Assembly: GCA_002269645.1 (NCBI GenBank)
Contig: NIVC01002793.1
Span: 1 to 64,000 of the forward strand
Source: Macrostomum lignano
Taxonomy: Eukaryota
Reading direction: 5' to 3'
Length of the DNA: 64,000 nucleotides
The notes below the pieces were generated by a model. The model was not told the DNA's origin. It searched no databases and saw only the letters and a list, made by a program, of their open reading frames with translations. Every line of letters begins with the position of its first letter. The stretch's first letter is position 1. Made by a program: the position numbers and the translations under genes. Positions 36,892 to 50,224 of the stretch are shown here, in pieces.

Positions 36892-37713
36892 GTGGGATGG
36901 ACTGGTCCTGCGAACTTGGTGAGAAGTGGGATAGACTGGTCCTGCGAACTTGGTGAGAAGTGGGATAGACTGGTCCTGCGAACTTGGTGAGAAGTGGGAT
37001 AGACTGGTCCTGCGAACTTGGTGAGAAGTGGGATAGACTGGTCCTGCGAACTTGGTGAGAAGTGGGATAGACTGGTCCTGCGAACTTGGTGAGAAGTGGG
37101 ATAGACTGGTCCTGCGAACTTGGTGAGAAGTGGGATAGAATGGTCCTGTGAACTTGGTGAGAAGTGGGATAGAATGGTCCTGTGAACTTGGTGAGAAGTG
37201 GGATAGACTGGTCCTGCGAACTTGGTGAGAAGTGGGATAGACTGGTCCTGTGAACTTGGTGAGAAGTGGGATAGACTGGTCCTGCGAACTTGGTGAGAAG
37301 TGGGATAGACTGGTCCTGCGAAACTTAGTGAGAAGTGGGATAGACTGGTCCTGTGAACTTGGTGAGAAGTGGGATAGACTGGTCCTGTGAACTTGGTGAG
37401 AAGTGGGATAGACTGGTCCTGTGAACTTAGTGAGAAGTGGGATAGACTGGTCCTGCGAACTTGGTGAGAAGTGGGATAGACTGGTCCTGCGAACTTGGTG
37501 AGAAGTGGGATAGACTGGTCCTGCGAACTTGGTGAGAAGTGGGATAGACTGGTCCTGCGAACTTGGTGAGAAGTGGGATAGACTGGTCCTGCGAACTTAG
37601 TGAGAAGTGGGATAGACTAGTCCTGTGAACTTAGTGAGAAGTGGGATAGACTGGTCCTGCGAACTTGGTGAGAAGTGGGATAGACTGGTCCTGCGAAACT
37701 TAGTGAGAAGTGG
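36892..37713. repeat. 34-bp minisatellite (~24 copies)
   Basis: Unit GAACTTGGTGAGAAGTGGGATAGACTGGTCCTG(C/T), no spacers. Confidence 0.97.
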
Positions 37714-38399
37714 CGCAGCTATCAGGAGAAGATAAATTTTTAAAAAAGGCCAGCTAAATTCTATAGCAAAGTCTATAAATTCCCAACTTAGAAATCGAAT
37801 TTTCGCCAGCTCTAATCTTTACAGGCTTATATTCTGTTTCGGGCCACTCAATTTAATCCGGGGGGCACTTATTTCGCGTATTTATTTTAAAAGCTCTTAC
37901 TTTTAAAGAAAAGTAACTTTCCTCCAACATTTGCAGCAGCGTGTTTGTGTGCATCTCTCCAAGTCCCTCGGGCGCCCTCTGATTTTCCCATTAACGCCCT
38001 TAAAGCATGGGTATTAATGTACTATAGCATTTCCCGGTCAATTTGGTCCTAGAATCACTCTATTTAATCCGCAATGGAGAATTCCAATTCATTCCGCCGT
38101 CACTAAAGATGTCGCCGCTCGTGTATCGCCGCTCCTATCTATGGCCATTACCATGTTTTCTCACTTCCAGCTAACTTCATTGGTTAATTTTTCCATCAGG
38201 ATCCGAGTGGGAAGAGGGAATGGGAGTGTGGGGGCGAAGCCCGCCACTTGCAACCATAGACTATTTTATTTAACGCTCATAGACTCGTTCGTTTTCTAAA
38301 ATGATATCCCGGTAAATTGCTTTATTGTCAATTTCAAACAATGATCGGTCATTGCTTGACATGTCATTGTAATTATACTTTTACCCAGACGCAATGAAA

Positions 38400-39600
38400 A
38401 AACATTTTGGCCATTATTCCACAGTTTTGATGTGTACCATAGACATTTGGATTGAAAAAATCCATCGCTCAGTATTTTTGTTAATAAATACAGAACAACA
38501 AGAAGTAAATGAACAAAAAGGAAAAATCATTAAAACTAAAGTACCAGCTACACGAAAAGAGTTAATAATAAATGTCACAGCTAGTGCAGTTTATCAGTTT
38601 GTAGTCGAAATTTGACTATGTAAAAATCAATTTGTCACCCAAAGTGAAACATGCACGGTTCTCAAAGCCGCAGTTTCCAAAGATGCTCGACACTTTAGCC
38701 TGATGATTTGGCACTGCAAAAGGAGTTGGTCTATGTTGAATTTTTTCTATGAAAGAGAAATACAGGTGCTCAAGTATAGTTGCCGAACTTACCATTTGAA
38801 ATATGCACGACTTGGTTAAGTTGGTATGCGACTGATGAGCTTCGTCTGATGAGCTTCTTTGGTACCGCAGTATCCAAGCTGGGATTCTTTGGGACTGTCG
38901 GCTGCTCGACTGAATCGATTGGCCGCTTTCAGGCATCGTTTATAGCCGTCGAGGCGTTGAGGACTGCATGGTCGCGTTTTCTTCCTAGGTAGCGCCGCAC
39001 GGTTCGTTCAGTCGTCGACAGGAAGATTTTTTCAATTAATATGCGCGGCTATTTGACGAGATGCACCAGCCATTAGTTGTTTGACAAGACAAATAGCTTT
39101 TTCTCGCATTACTCGCTTTCCTGATTTCTTGCAAGACGCAAGCAAAATCAGCACTCATCACAGTGTTGTCTATGGTCAAACTAAGCCACACAACTCAGTC
39201 GTCTATGGGTAAAACAACTCTTAAAACAGCCAATTGAAGCATGATAAAAAGTGGGGAATAATGGCCGCAAAAGTGTGGAATAATGACTGAGCGCTGAGTG
39301 AAAGTATAAATACAATGCACTTGTATAGTATGCAACTGAGTTGAATAATGGCCATAGACACTCGTGCGCTACGCAATACAATACATTACAATACTATACA
39401 ATCTACCATTGCCTTAACGTAAATTACCATAGACATTTTGAACAATGACGCATTAATGCACGCTAATTGATCTTTTATATGGTCTTCTCAACAGTTGGCT
39501 ATACCAGTCGGCAATTCGATAGATGCACGGCTTGATCTTGCAATAATGCCATAGACACTCGTGCGCTAACGCGCACTCGTGGTCTAGGCATCGTTACACT
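38400..39600. mobile_element. Possible non-autonomous Crypton-related repeat(s)
   Basis: Dense GTCTATGG/CCATAGAC copies; TTGTCTATGGTCAAA (39166-39180) identical to 27334-27348; ACTCGTGC-n-GCACTCGT at ~39557 as at ~27373; GTGGAATAATG inverted between ~38412 and ~39275. Boundaries undefined. Confidence 0.35.
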
Positions 39601-40152
39601 CTCAAGCCGTGCACTATCTCTCCATTGGTGAGTAAGCATTAGTGGGTAAACATTGGTGGGTAAGCGTCGGCGGGTGGGTAACACCCGGTGGGGAAACGAC
39701 TCGTGAGTAAAGTATCGGCTGGCAAATAGGTACATTCCATGGAACTTAAATGCACTTTAATTGCGTACAAGGAATGAAAAAATAGGAATTTAAAAGCCGA
39801 TTATCATAAAACGAGAGAGCAACGAACACTGAGCGAAGACTAGCACGCAGAAGAGTAATTTAACTGGCAAGTGGTTCGTTATCTTATAGCTGCTCTAAAT
39901 CTAAGCGCAGTTACTTTAGCAGTCATTCTCCTAGGGCCACTCATAAGGCGGCGACGCACACAGCCACTCTTATGCAGGGCCCTACAAGATGCATGGGGGG
40001 GGGCAAGCCAAACGTCTCTAAGCTTAGTATTTCATGACTACAGATAAAAGTGGGATTGACTTAGAGTTAGTTTAAATATTTAAACTCTCTGTCATACTCT
40101 TTTTTAACTCTATTGAAGCTCAATCGATACATCTGAATCTATTCGGAGACCG

Positions 40153-43100
40153 ATGGACATGGAGACAAAACTCGTATTCTACGTTAATCAGATAAAGGTA
40201 AGTTTGAATTGACGAATTTCTACGGATGGGCAAACCCAGGGTTAGTATTAGTAACAATTTTAGTGTCAGGGGCGCCTAATTGAGTGCCACAGGGCGCTTA
40301 ACTGAGTGTCAGATGCATTTAATTGTCAGGGGCACCTAATTGCTAGAGGACGCCTAATTAAGTGTCAGGGGCGCCTAATTGCCAGAGGGCGCCTAATTAA
40401 GTGTCAGGGCGCTTAATTGCCAGAGGGCGCCTAATTAAGTGCCAGGGGCGTCATTGAGCGTCACGGGGCACTTAACTGAGTGCCAGGGGTACCTAATTGA
40501 GTGTCAGGGGAGATTAATTGGGAGTCAGTGGTGCCAAACTGTGTACTGCACGTTTGCACGCTGAGTTCATGAATATTATCGACCCAGAACGTCGCGCTGA
40601 AAATTTTCTTTTTCGTTTTTCTTAGTTTCTAGTGCACTTCTATAGCTTGGGCCTTCAAACTGCAGTGACCCTAGGAGCTGGAAACCATTTTATGTAGTAT
40701 TATCAGCTACTTAAATAAATTAGTCTCTGTGAATACTAGAAAAAACAAAACAGGCAATATGATAGGTCATAAAACACTACTGTTTTTTGTGAAAGTAGTG
40801 CGTATAGAGTATCGTACTTCTATTTTTTCAGATTGTGGAATCCGCACCGGATCCGGAAGAGACGTTAATCTCGTATCTGCGGCGAAAATGTAACACTTGC
40901 TATTTTTTATTGTTATGCATAAAAGTACACGAGCTATTTTAATTGAACTTTAGATAATTCAGCCAATACTCTAATACGAATAATTTCTAAAAGACATTCT
41001 ACACCCTTCTACACAAAACCGTTTCCCAATTTAAATTGCCTCCAACGGCGATTTGACAGCCAAGCCGTCTTCGTACCGCAAACGACACCATTTTCGCTCT
41101 CTCATGTGAGCGTGCAGTTTTGTGTTTTTACTCAGGGTACATTGGCTAGGGTCGTACATCGGTGGCAGCGGTCTCTAACTCGAGCCGGCTCACTCATGGC
41201 GCATGTAAATGAACTTTTGCCACCTAATTTTTTGTGTGCAGACGATGCCAACATTAACATGTGGCTGCAGATGTTCGAAGATTTTGTAGCACTGCTACCT
41301 AGGGAGAATTCTCGAAGTTTTACCGAAAGAGCCCGATTGTGACAAAGTCAGCTCTGAAATTGAAGTGCATCTAAGTTCCATGGAATTAACCTATTTGCTA
41401 CAAAGCTGAAGAGCATCGGCAGCAAGGAAGCCTCTGCAAGCGTTGATATCAGTTAGCAATCAAGTATCTGATCGACTGGAGCAGATGCAGGAGCAGTTGG
41501 CAGACCTGGCCGCGACTAGTCACCACAATCAGCAGCCGCGGCAATTCACGTGAAAGAGGAAAAGGAGCCAGACGCAAGGGCAGCATCCAGGAAGATTCTT
41601 CAACTGATTCTAGGTGGCTATCCAACATCTGCACGCCAACGCTTGGAGTATCCAGGGAGTGCAACGCTGGCCTGCCGCCGGTGGTCTGCCGCCAACAGAG
41701 CATCAGCGGACGGTGGTTGTCGATATCGAACAGAAATGCCTACTCTGCTTCGACGCCATCGGCAAGATGTGCTCAAGTTTCATAGTGGACCTCCGGATGT
41801 CTTCTGTTCAGCTTGGGTCAACCAGGATCTCCATTTTTCATGATAGAAGCCCCGCGCCAGCCTGCCGAGTGGTGCCCAAATGATTTGCCAGTACTGTGAC
41901 GATACCTGTCTGCGTCATAATCCCGGTAAAGGTGCCGTCGTCCGTCGAGCAGGATCAGTTCAAGCCCAGCTCTGATTTCGTCGACAAGACGGGCCTGCTG
42001 CCGAACAGGGCGCTCGTAGTGTCCAGCGTTGATGGCAACCTGCCAGTGGACGTCTGCAATCTGAGCGCCTGAGTTTGGAGCTCTAATCAGGCAATTAACA
42101 AATTTGAAGCTGCAAAGCTTCAAGGATCTGGTGAAGAAACTGATAAATAGGTTGGATTCAAAATCAACCCGGAGCTGAGTACCTGGGACACAAAACATCT
42201 GCCAAGGGAATTCAGCCAACTCAGAACAAGATCTGCGCCATCCAGTCCATCCCAACTCCTGATTGCGCCGAAGACATTCATCGGCTTGTTGGTACGTTGA
42301 GCTTCTGCCCAATTCGTCCCACACTTCGCTAATCCACTACATCAAACAGCTCAGAAGGGGCGGCAGCTACGGTGAACAACGGAGTGCAAACTGGCCCTAC
42401 AGAAACTGAAGTCAGCACTTTTCGGCGCCTCCAGTGCGGAAGATTCCGGAATTCTACAAGGGATTCCGTCTGTACTGTGATAGCAGCAGGGGGGCTTTGC
42501 AGGCGTCCTCAGCCAGCTGCACGAATTTCCCATAACATACGCGTCCGAGTCCTGAACAAGGCAGAGCGGGCCCGCATGCAGCAGAAGACGGTCGGCCGCC
42601 CAGTACTGTTTATGCACGACGGACCTGACGAACTGCTGGACGAGTCGACGACTGCTGGGCGTCGTCGCTCTGAGAAGAATCGGAGACCGCCTAATTTTTT
42701 TGTTAGGCAGTTCAAGTCGAACAAACCTTTCGCCGCTCGCATTGGAACATTAGTTAAATCTGCATTTTTATCCTTTGTTCATTCTCAATTAGGAAACATC
42801 ATCTTCGTTCTCCTGTGCTCGTCCACTCATTTGTTTTATTCTCAGTGTACATTCTCTAGCGTAGATGGCACTATAAAATATAAAATATCTCGCTTAGCTT
42901 TAGCCACTTTGTCTTTTCTCGGACTAGCTTAAACCTGGCCTTATGCCAAGTTAACAGTAAATTGCCCTTCACCCGCTCCGCCCCCAGTGCATCTCACCGG
43001 CACAAAGCTCGCCTGTGGAGAGGGTGGCTGCGGCGCCTGCACCGTGATGATCTCTCGATGGGACCGGCGGGCCGACTCGCCGCTGCACCTCGCCGTCAAC

Positions 43101-46100
43101 GCCTGTCTGGCACCCCTCTGCTCGGTGCACGGCACCTCCGTCACCACTATCGAAGGCATCAGGCGAAGCGGGGCGCTGCACGCTGTGCAGGAGCGCCTGG
43201 CCAGGGCGCACGGCTCCCAGTGCGGCTTCTGCACGCCCGGCGTCCTGATGTCCGCCTACAGCCTGCTGCGAGAGCGGCCACATCCTACAGACGCCGAGCT
43301 GACGGCCAGCCTTCAGGGCAACCTGTGCCGCTGTACCGGCTATCGGCCCATACTGGACGGCCTGAGGTCTCTGTGTTGCGGTGGCGGCGGCGACAGCAGC
43401 GGTTGCTGCGGCGGCGGCCGAGGCTCCTCCGGATGCTGCATGGATGCAAAAGGCTCCGGGGTGGCAACGGAACTGTTTGACACGGCCGACCTGCTGCCTT
43501 ACGATCCCAGCCAGGAGCCGCTGTTCCCCAGCGAGCTGCAGGTTGTTCGATTTCGAACCGGGATTGAAAGCTGTGCATTTGTTCTGGAATTTAGTTTAAC
43601 CAAATCGCCAATTTAAATTCATCTAGCTGACGGACCGGTACGACGCAAGTGAGCTACGCTTCACCTCCGATCGGGTCACGTGGCATCGGCCAGTCAGCCT
43701 GGAGCGGCTTCTGCAGCTCAAATCTGAGCATCCCGAGGCTAAGCTAGTTGTGGGAAATAGCGAGATTGGTGAGTTGTGGTTCACAGATCATGAATTCTTG
43801 CCAGTAGGATTATTGGTAGTTGGAATATTGTAATTAGTACCGATAATATCAGTGGGTATCGTGTCAACAGTATCAAAATCTGTGGCTTTCTTGTCAGTAG
43901 TAGCAATATCATGTCTGTAGAATGAATTTCAGTATCTTAGATAAATGCAATGCACCTCACCGAATGAACCATGCCCAGGCATCGAGGCCAAGCAGAAGGG
44001 CGCCATTTATCCACATCTAATTTGCACTTCCGGCGTGCCTGAGCTGACGTCAATCGAGGCGACACTCGCTGGTCTTGTGATTGGCGCCAGCGTAAGCCTA
44101 ACACGCCTGGCGCAGCTGTGCCGGCGCCTGTGCTCGGACGCCAAGGCCGGCGGGCTGTCCTTGGAGCATCAGAAGCGCGGCTGCCGGGCCCTGCTGGACA
44201 TGCTGGACCAGTTTGCCGGGCCGCAGATCCGCAACGTTGCGGTAATTGAGATGGGCTGGGGAACCAGCTCAAACTGCGAGTTAGCAGGGTAGCTCAGCGA
44301 TTAACGCGTTTGACGCGTTCGAAGTAGTTAGACTCGATTCTGTGCGCAGCCACATGTAATTTGGGGCTCGAGCCCAACATGAATTAGGCTGTGATGCTTG
44401 TGCAGTTCTCGCCCATGAGGGCAGCAGGGAATGTACTAAAGTAAATGGAAAAGCTTAGGGGTCAACGAAACGGGCAAGACTGCTTGACTCTTTGCTCTCT
44501 GTGAGTCGACTGTCGGCCTGATTCGCCTTCATCTGGAAATTGACCGACTTTTGCTTTTTCTGCAGGCAATCGGCGGCAATGTGATGACAGCCAGCCCGAT
44601 CTCGGACCTGATTCCTCTTCTCGGAGCTCTAGGAGCCACCTTGACGCTGGCGTCGCTGCGTGAGTCTGAGCTGTTGTCTGAGCCATCTCTACGACAACAT
44701 GCACCGTTTCATTAAACCAAATCATGTTCATAAACCGCAGAGCCCCATGACAACCCATAAGGACCCTTGCTTTGCCCGCAGGTGGAGAGCGCAACGTGGC
44801 AGCGGACCAAAGCTTCTTCGTCGGCTACAGACGCACGGCGGCCAGGCCTGACGAGGTCCTTCGCAGTGTGTCGATACCCTTCTGCTCCGAGCGGCAGCAC
44901 TGCTACGCCGTCAAGCAGGCTCGGCGAAAAGAGGACGACATCGCCATCGTGAACGCAGCAATTTGGGTCGACCTGGGGCCCGGCGGAGATCAAGTAGCCG
45001 CCGCTCGTCTCTGCTTCGGCGGTCTGGCGCCAACTGTGCTGTCGGCTGGACAGGCCGCCGCCGCCATGGTCGGGCGCCGCTGGGAGGACGGCGACGCGTT
45101 GGAGGCGGGCCTGCGCCAGCTGAAGACAGAGGCTGCGGTCGCCTGGGGCGCTCCGGGAGGACAGGCTGCCTACCGGTCTACGCTAGCCGCCTCGATGCTG
45201 TTCCGCTTCTACCAGCGCGTCTGCCGCGACGTCGGACTTCCGTTCGACGAGTCCGCTGTAGACGAACTCGACCGACGACCACTGTCGGCCACGCAGGTGT
45301 TTGAGTCCGTCCCGGCAGACCAACCGATCGAGGACCTCGTGGGGCGGCCGGTTTCCCACGCTAGCGCTATCGCCCAGGTGACGGGAGAAGCCATGTACAC
45401 TGACGACGCGCAAGCGGCCGCCGGCGAGCTGTTCCTGGCGCCGGTGATGAGCGACCGGGCCAGAGCGACGGTGGTCGGCATCGATTTCACGGACGCCCTG
45501 GCGATGGACGGCGTGGCCGGTTTCGTGGACAGCCGAGACGTTCCGGGCAGCAACTTGTACGGCTACGCATTCGATGACGAGCCGGTCTTCGCAAGCTCCG
45601 ACGTGATGTTTACTGGCCAGTTCCTGGCGGGTGTGCTGGCCGCGGACCGCGACACGGCGCGTCGAGCTGCCCGCTTGGTGCGCGTGCAGTACGGGCCTGC
45701 GGCGGGCTCGCCTGTGGTCACCATCTCAGACGCGGCCGCCTCCGACAGCTTCTTTCCGGAGGAACACTGGAAGCAGCTGACTGTTGGCGATGTTGACGAG
45801 GCGTTTGCCACGGCTGAGCACTGCGTTGAGGGCGAGATGAATGTCGGAGGCCAGGAGCACTTCTACTTCGAGCCCTTCTCCGTCCTGGTGGAGCCAAAGG
45901 ACGGCGGCTCGGAGCTGCTAGTTTACGCCACCAGTCAGAACCCGAGCGGCATGCAGAGCGACCTGTCCAAGGTGACGGGGCTGGCCAGGAATCGCATCGT
46001 GGTGAAGGTCAAGCGGATCGGCGGCGGCTTCGGCGGCAAAGAAACGCGGCCGAGCCAGCTCGCCACTCCGGCTGCGGTGGCCGCGCTGAAGTTCGGCCGG

Positions 46101-49100
46101 CCAGTGCGGGCCGTACTGGACCGCTGGGACGACATGGCGGTGTCCGGAGGCCGTCACCCGGTCAAGGCGCGTTACAAGCTGGCAGCGGACAGAGATGGCC
46201 GGCTGATCGGGCTGCGCCTGCTCATCTTGCTGAACGCCGGCTGTACGCTGGACATGTCCGAGCAGGTGGCTGGACGGATGTTGCACGCATGCATGGAGAC
46301 CTACCGGCTAGCCAGCCTGAGCATTGAGATCCGGCTGTGCCGCACCAACCTCGCCTCCAACACGGCCTTCCGGGCGTTTGGCACTCCACAGGCCTGCGCC
46401 ATCATGGAGACGGCGGTGTCACACCTGGCCGAATCCATGGGCCTCCCGCAGTGCCAGATTCGCGAGCTGAACCTGTTCCGCTCCGGCGAGATCACGCCGA
46501 ACGGAGCTCCGGTGAAGAGCGACAACCTGTGGCGCTGCTGGCAGGAGTGCCTGGCCGCCTCCGACTATCATGGCCGCCTGCGAGAGCTTGAGGTCTTTAA
46601 TCGCGCCAGCCGGCACAAGAAACGTGGCCTGTCTCTATGCCCCATCGCCTACAGCATCAGCATGGGCAAAAAATTCCTCTTGCAGAGCGGAGCCACCGTC
46701 AACATCTATCTTGACGGCTCCGTGCTGATTTGTCACGGCGGAGTGGAGATGGGCCAGGGAGTGCACACCAAGCTGCTCCAGGTAGCCGCCAGGGCTCTTC
46801 AACTGCCCATCGGGCGGCTGTACATTGCAGAGACTTCTACGGACAAGGTGAGTTTCTTTTTATCGAGAGACCGCGATAGCAGAGGCAGGGTTTGAGCATA
46901 GCTGAGACAGAATAGCTGAGCATAGTAGATGACTTTCTAGTAACGAAGGTTAATTTGGGTTTTCAGCCCCAGTACTATAAAATAAATTAGTGTTACGATG
47001 GTATGAACGAGACATTGGGACACCCAGGCGATCAAATATAATAAGGTATACGGTGACCCTATCATAAATACGAGAGACCGCGTATACGAGAGATCTCATA
47101 CATACATGTATGAGACCTAGTAGCGGATCTGGCAATCCCGAAAGATCGCAAGAGACAGAGCTTACCGGTGGCTGTTACTGGGTTCAATTGTTTATTGGTA
47201 GTAAGAGACGGTTAATGCGGCACAGTCGCAGAGCAAATCGCCACGGGAGCCCAAGTTAGTGGACTGGGGAACCCAGACGGCATAATAAATACCCAAAAGG
47301 GGGAAGGGGAGAGAGCAGACGACAGTCAAGCCCAGCCAATCAGCGCGCCACGCAGGGCAGAGCTGATCGTCAGGTAAGGGGGGTCACAGAGAAGGGTGGA
47401 GGGAGAGAAAAAGGACAGGGAGGCATGGTTCGCCTAAAACTGAGGTGGGGAAAGGTCGGGTCGCAAACACTATGAGAGAAAGTGAGAGAGAGAGAGCGTG
47501 TTGCGCCTCAGCCCAGCCAATCGAAAGCCAAAAGAACCGGCTGGAGACAAAGTTTACCCAGCGCCAGCACAAGTTCGCAGGCACTCTACGTCAGCAAAGT
47601 GTGGGCGCCACAACAAAACACTGAATAATTCCTACTCGCTGCGTCAATGATAAAAACAACGAATCACGAGTTGTACGAGCTACAATTAAAGTAAACTCAC
47701 GGCGCAGAGAAATTAGGTGCTAAAGAAGCTGTAAAGCAAAAATAAACCGAGTAACTGATTTTGTGGATAGAATGGTCGTGCTCCGCCCCTATACCCCCGC
47801 CAGACGCAAGAGGGCTGAGCGTCCCCTTGACCCTGGAATGCTGCCTGCCTCTTACGGTTTCGTATAAAAATGATTTCTATCTACTTTTTCGTTTGGTCCA
47901 ATTGAAATCAGTTATACGGTGGTATTGATACTCGTAAGAAAGTGCGCTGATTTCATGAAGATTGTGAAATTGAAAAAGGTAAGAACGATAAACTTACGCA
48001 AATTTACGGTCTGATGTACAAATTTCTTATCTACATAAAGAGATCAATCGACAATGGAATTCAAACACGGTCACTCGTACTCGCGCTTTTGTCATTGATG
48101 CACTCTTAAGCGTCCGGGAATAATTCAGTGCATTACAAATAAATATCAGCGCCTCTCTACAGGTTCCAAACACAACGTCATCGGCCGCTTCCATAACAAC
48201 CGACATCAACGCTCCGGCTGTTCTCGACGCCTGCCTGCAGTTGCGCCGACGCTTGGCGCCATTCGTCGAAGCAAACCCGACCGCCGCCTGGGAGGACTGG
48301 GTTGGCGCCGCCTACCTGGCCGGCGTCAGCCTCTCGGCCTGCGGCTTCTGCTTCAATCCGCCCAAGGAGGACGCGGACAGGCGCAGCGGCCGGGGCGACT
48401 CTGCCCTCTACTTCACCTACGGAGCCGCCTGCTCTGAGGTGGAAATCGACGCCCTGACCGGCGATCACGTGATCCGACGCTGCGACATCGTTATGGATCT
48501 CGGCGCCAGCCTCAACCCGGCTGTCGACATCGGCCAGGTGGAAGGCGCCTTCACGCAGGGCTGCGGCTTGTACACCATCGAAGACCTTCGCTACTCGCCC
48601 GATGGCCGCCTCCTGACCCGCGGGCCCGGCGCTTACAAAATTCCTGGCTTCTCCGACATCCCGGAGAAGCTGAACATCCGTCTGCTGAGAGGCAGCCGCT
48701 GCGAGCACCCCAAAGCCGTTCACTCGTCCAAGGCGGTCGGCGAGCCGCCGCTGAACCTGGCAGCCTCGGTACTGACGGCCATCAGGCAGGCGGTGCTGGC
48801 GGCCAGGTTGGACAGCCAGGTCGAGCGTCTGAACGGTCATCAGGGCCAGCTCAGCTTCCAGCTGGACTCGCCGGCGACCTCGGAGCGAATCCGCCTGGCC
48901 TGCGGAGGCGGGCTGGTGGCTGAGGTGAGTGCCTGGGAAACCCGTTGAGGGCTCATTTAGACCAAGGAGATCATGGCAGATCATGGCCTAGCTGCCGCCC
49001 ATTCAGCTAGCCAGTCAGGGGCGGGTCCTGAGGTCCTTCCTGTACAGCTTGTTCTGATTGCTAGGGTTGCTAGGGTACAAATCCAGTCCGGTTGCTCTGA

Positions 49101-49561
49101 CGAACCTTACCACGAACCTGTTCTGGGGTTATCAATATATGGGGCTGGCCGCATTCACCTCAGGGTAAAGCCCTGTCGCATTATTAGTCCTGGCATATTA
49201 CAGGTGCTAAAAATTGTCGGGTCTCACTGGAGGAGCGGTGATTCGAAAGTCGAATTTCGTTTTAATCGAGCTTTCATAAGTAACAGCGAGTTTTTTTTTA
49301 CAATTTGGTTTGAGCAAGTAGAAGTGACTGAATTTTTCTGTTTTCGAAGATGTAAAATTTCAATCTTGTGCAGCTTAGACTTTGCGAAGTTTCAGCTTAA
49401 GAAGGTGATCCTGCCTGTTACGACAGGTGATCCTGTCTGTTTTTGTTTAGTGTCGGTCATGTTAGAAACCACCTTTTCGCAGTTATTTGCATCATTTCAC
49501 TTATCGCCAGGTAATCAACACTGACGAAAGCGCACCATGGGACGTCCGGCCGTCCGACTGA
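40153..49561 (+). CDS. XDH: Xanthine dehydrogenase/oxidase-family gene, copy 2; exons 40153-40197, 40832-40889, 42988-43541, 43627-43768, 43979-44241, 44566-44659, 44782-46847, 48163-48924, 49511-49561
   Basis: Same exon structure and motifs as copy 1; all splice sites intact; no internal stop; ends PWDVRPSD*. Confidence 0.92.
40265..40520. repeat. Irregular ~20-bp GGCGCCTAATT repeat (~12 copies) in XDH copy 2 intron 1
   Basis: Paralogue of 17716-17885 with a different copy number. Confidence 0.85.
41041..42957 (+). mobile_element. Internally deleted Ty3/gypsy relic in XDH copy 2 intron 2
   Basis: gag-like [13 protein letters not shown]...[11 protein letters not shown]; linker [12 protein letters not shown]...[11 protein letters not shown]; RT end GFKINPE...[28 protein letters not shown]; pol end [12 protein letters not shown]. 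Absent from copy 1 intron 2 (268 bp vs 2098 bp). Confidence 0.8.
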
Positions 49562-50224
49562 GCTGCAGTTGCAACTGCACGGCTGATGTGCCTTTTTTAA
49601 CTCAGAAAGTTGGCTTTTAAAATGCAAGGCTGCTATGCGAGAAATCAGATGCATGTTCGAAACAATTAAACGAAAATTATTGAAATTTTGTTACAGTACT
49701 GGTTAAAGTTTTGTTTCGGATTCTAAGACGCATTTTTTTTCATAATTGGAACAATAAAAATATAAAACTGAAGCTTTATATCTTATAAATGTCGCTAGCA
49801 GCAAACTGTTACTTTTGGCTTCTCCGTGAATAAAATGATTCCCTTTGTTCCTTTTAAATACGTTTTTAACTAGCCCAATACTTGTTCAGTGAACTTTATT
49901 TATTTCTTAAACTCTATTTCACATTATGCCGGTACAAGCCAGTCAAGCCAATCAATCAAGTGGATAATTCCAATAAAATCAGCGACAAGTGTCAGGAATG
50001 AAGTTCTGCGTCCTGAATACTTGCTTTAAAATTTTCTACTTTATTGTCTTCTAACCAGAGAGCAGAATCTAAACAAGCTTGGCTTGGCTTGCAGTCTGTG
50101 GGAGAGTGCAGGTTGGAGTTTCGAGCTGTCCACTTCATCGGCTTCATTGTCGATGGCCGAGTGCAGTTCGACGGCAGTGGCTGCTGCTGCTGCAGGAAGT
50201 TGGGATATTACCCACTGTCCTGGG

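Noticed and set aside
36892-37713. CRISPR array (repeat length 30-34 bp; also 1495-2414 and 6644-6949)
   Set aside because: Units are contiguous with no unique spacers, no cas genes are present, and the context is eukaryotic.
38832-38858. Hammerhead core CTGATGAG twice
   Set aside because: A short direct duplication with no stem II-GAAA following.
17597-49561. The two XDH copies as uncollapsed alleles
   Set aside because: Terminal exons, four introns and flanks are too diverged and carry different insertions; a chimeric join still needs long-read exclusion.
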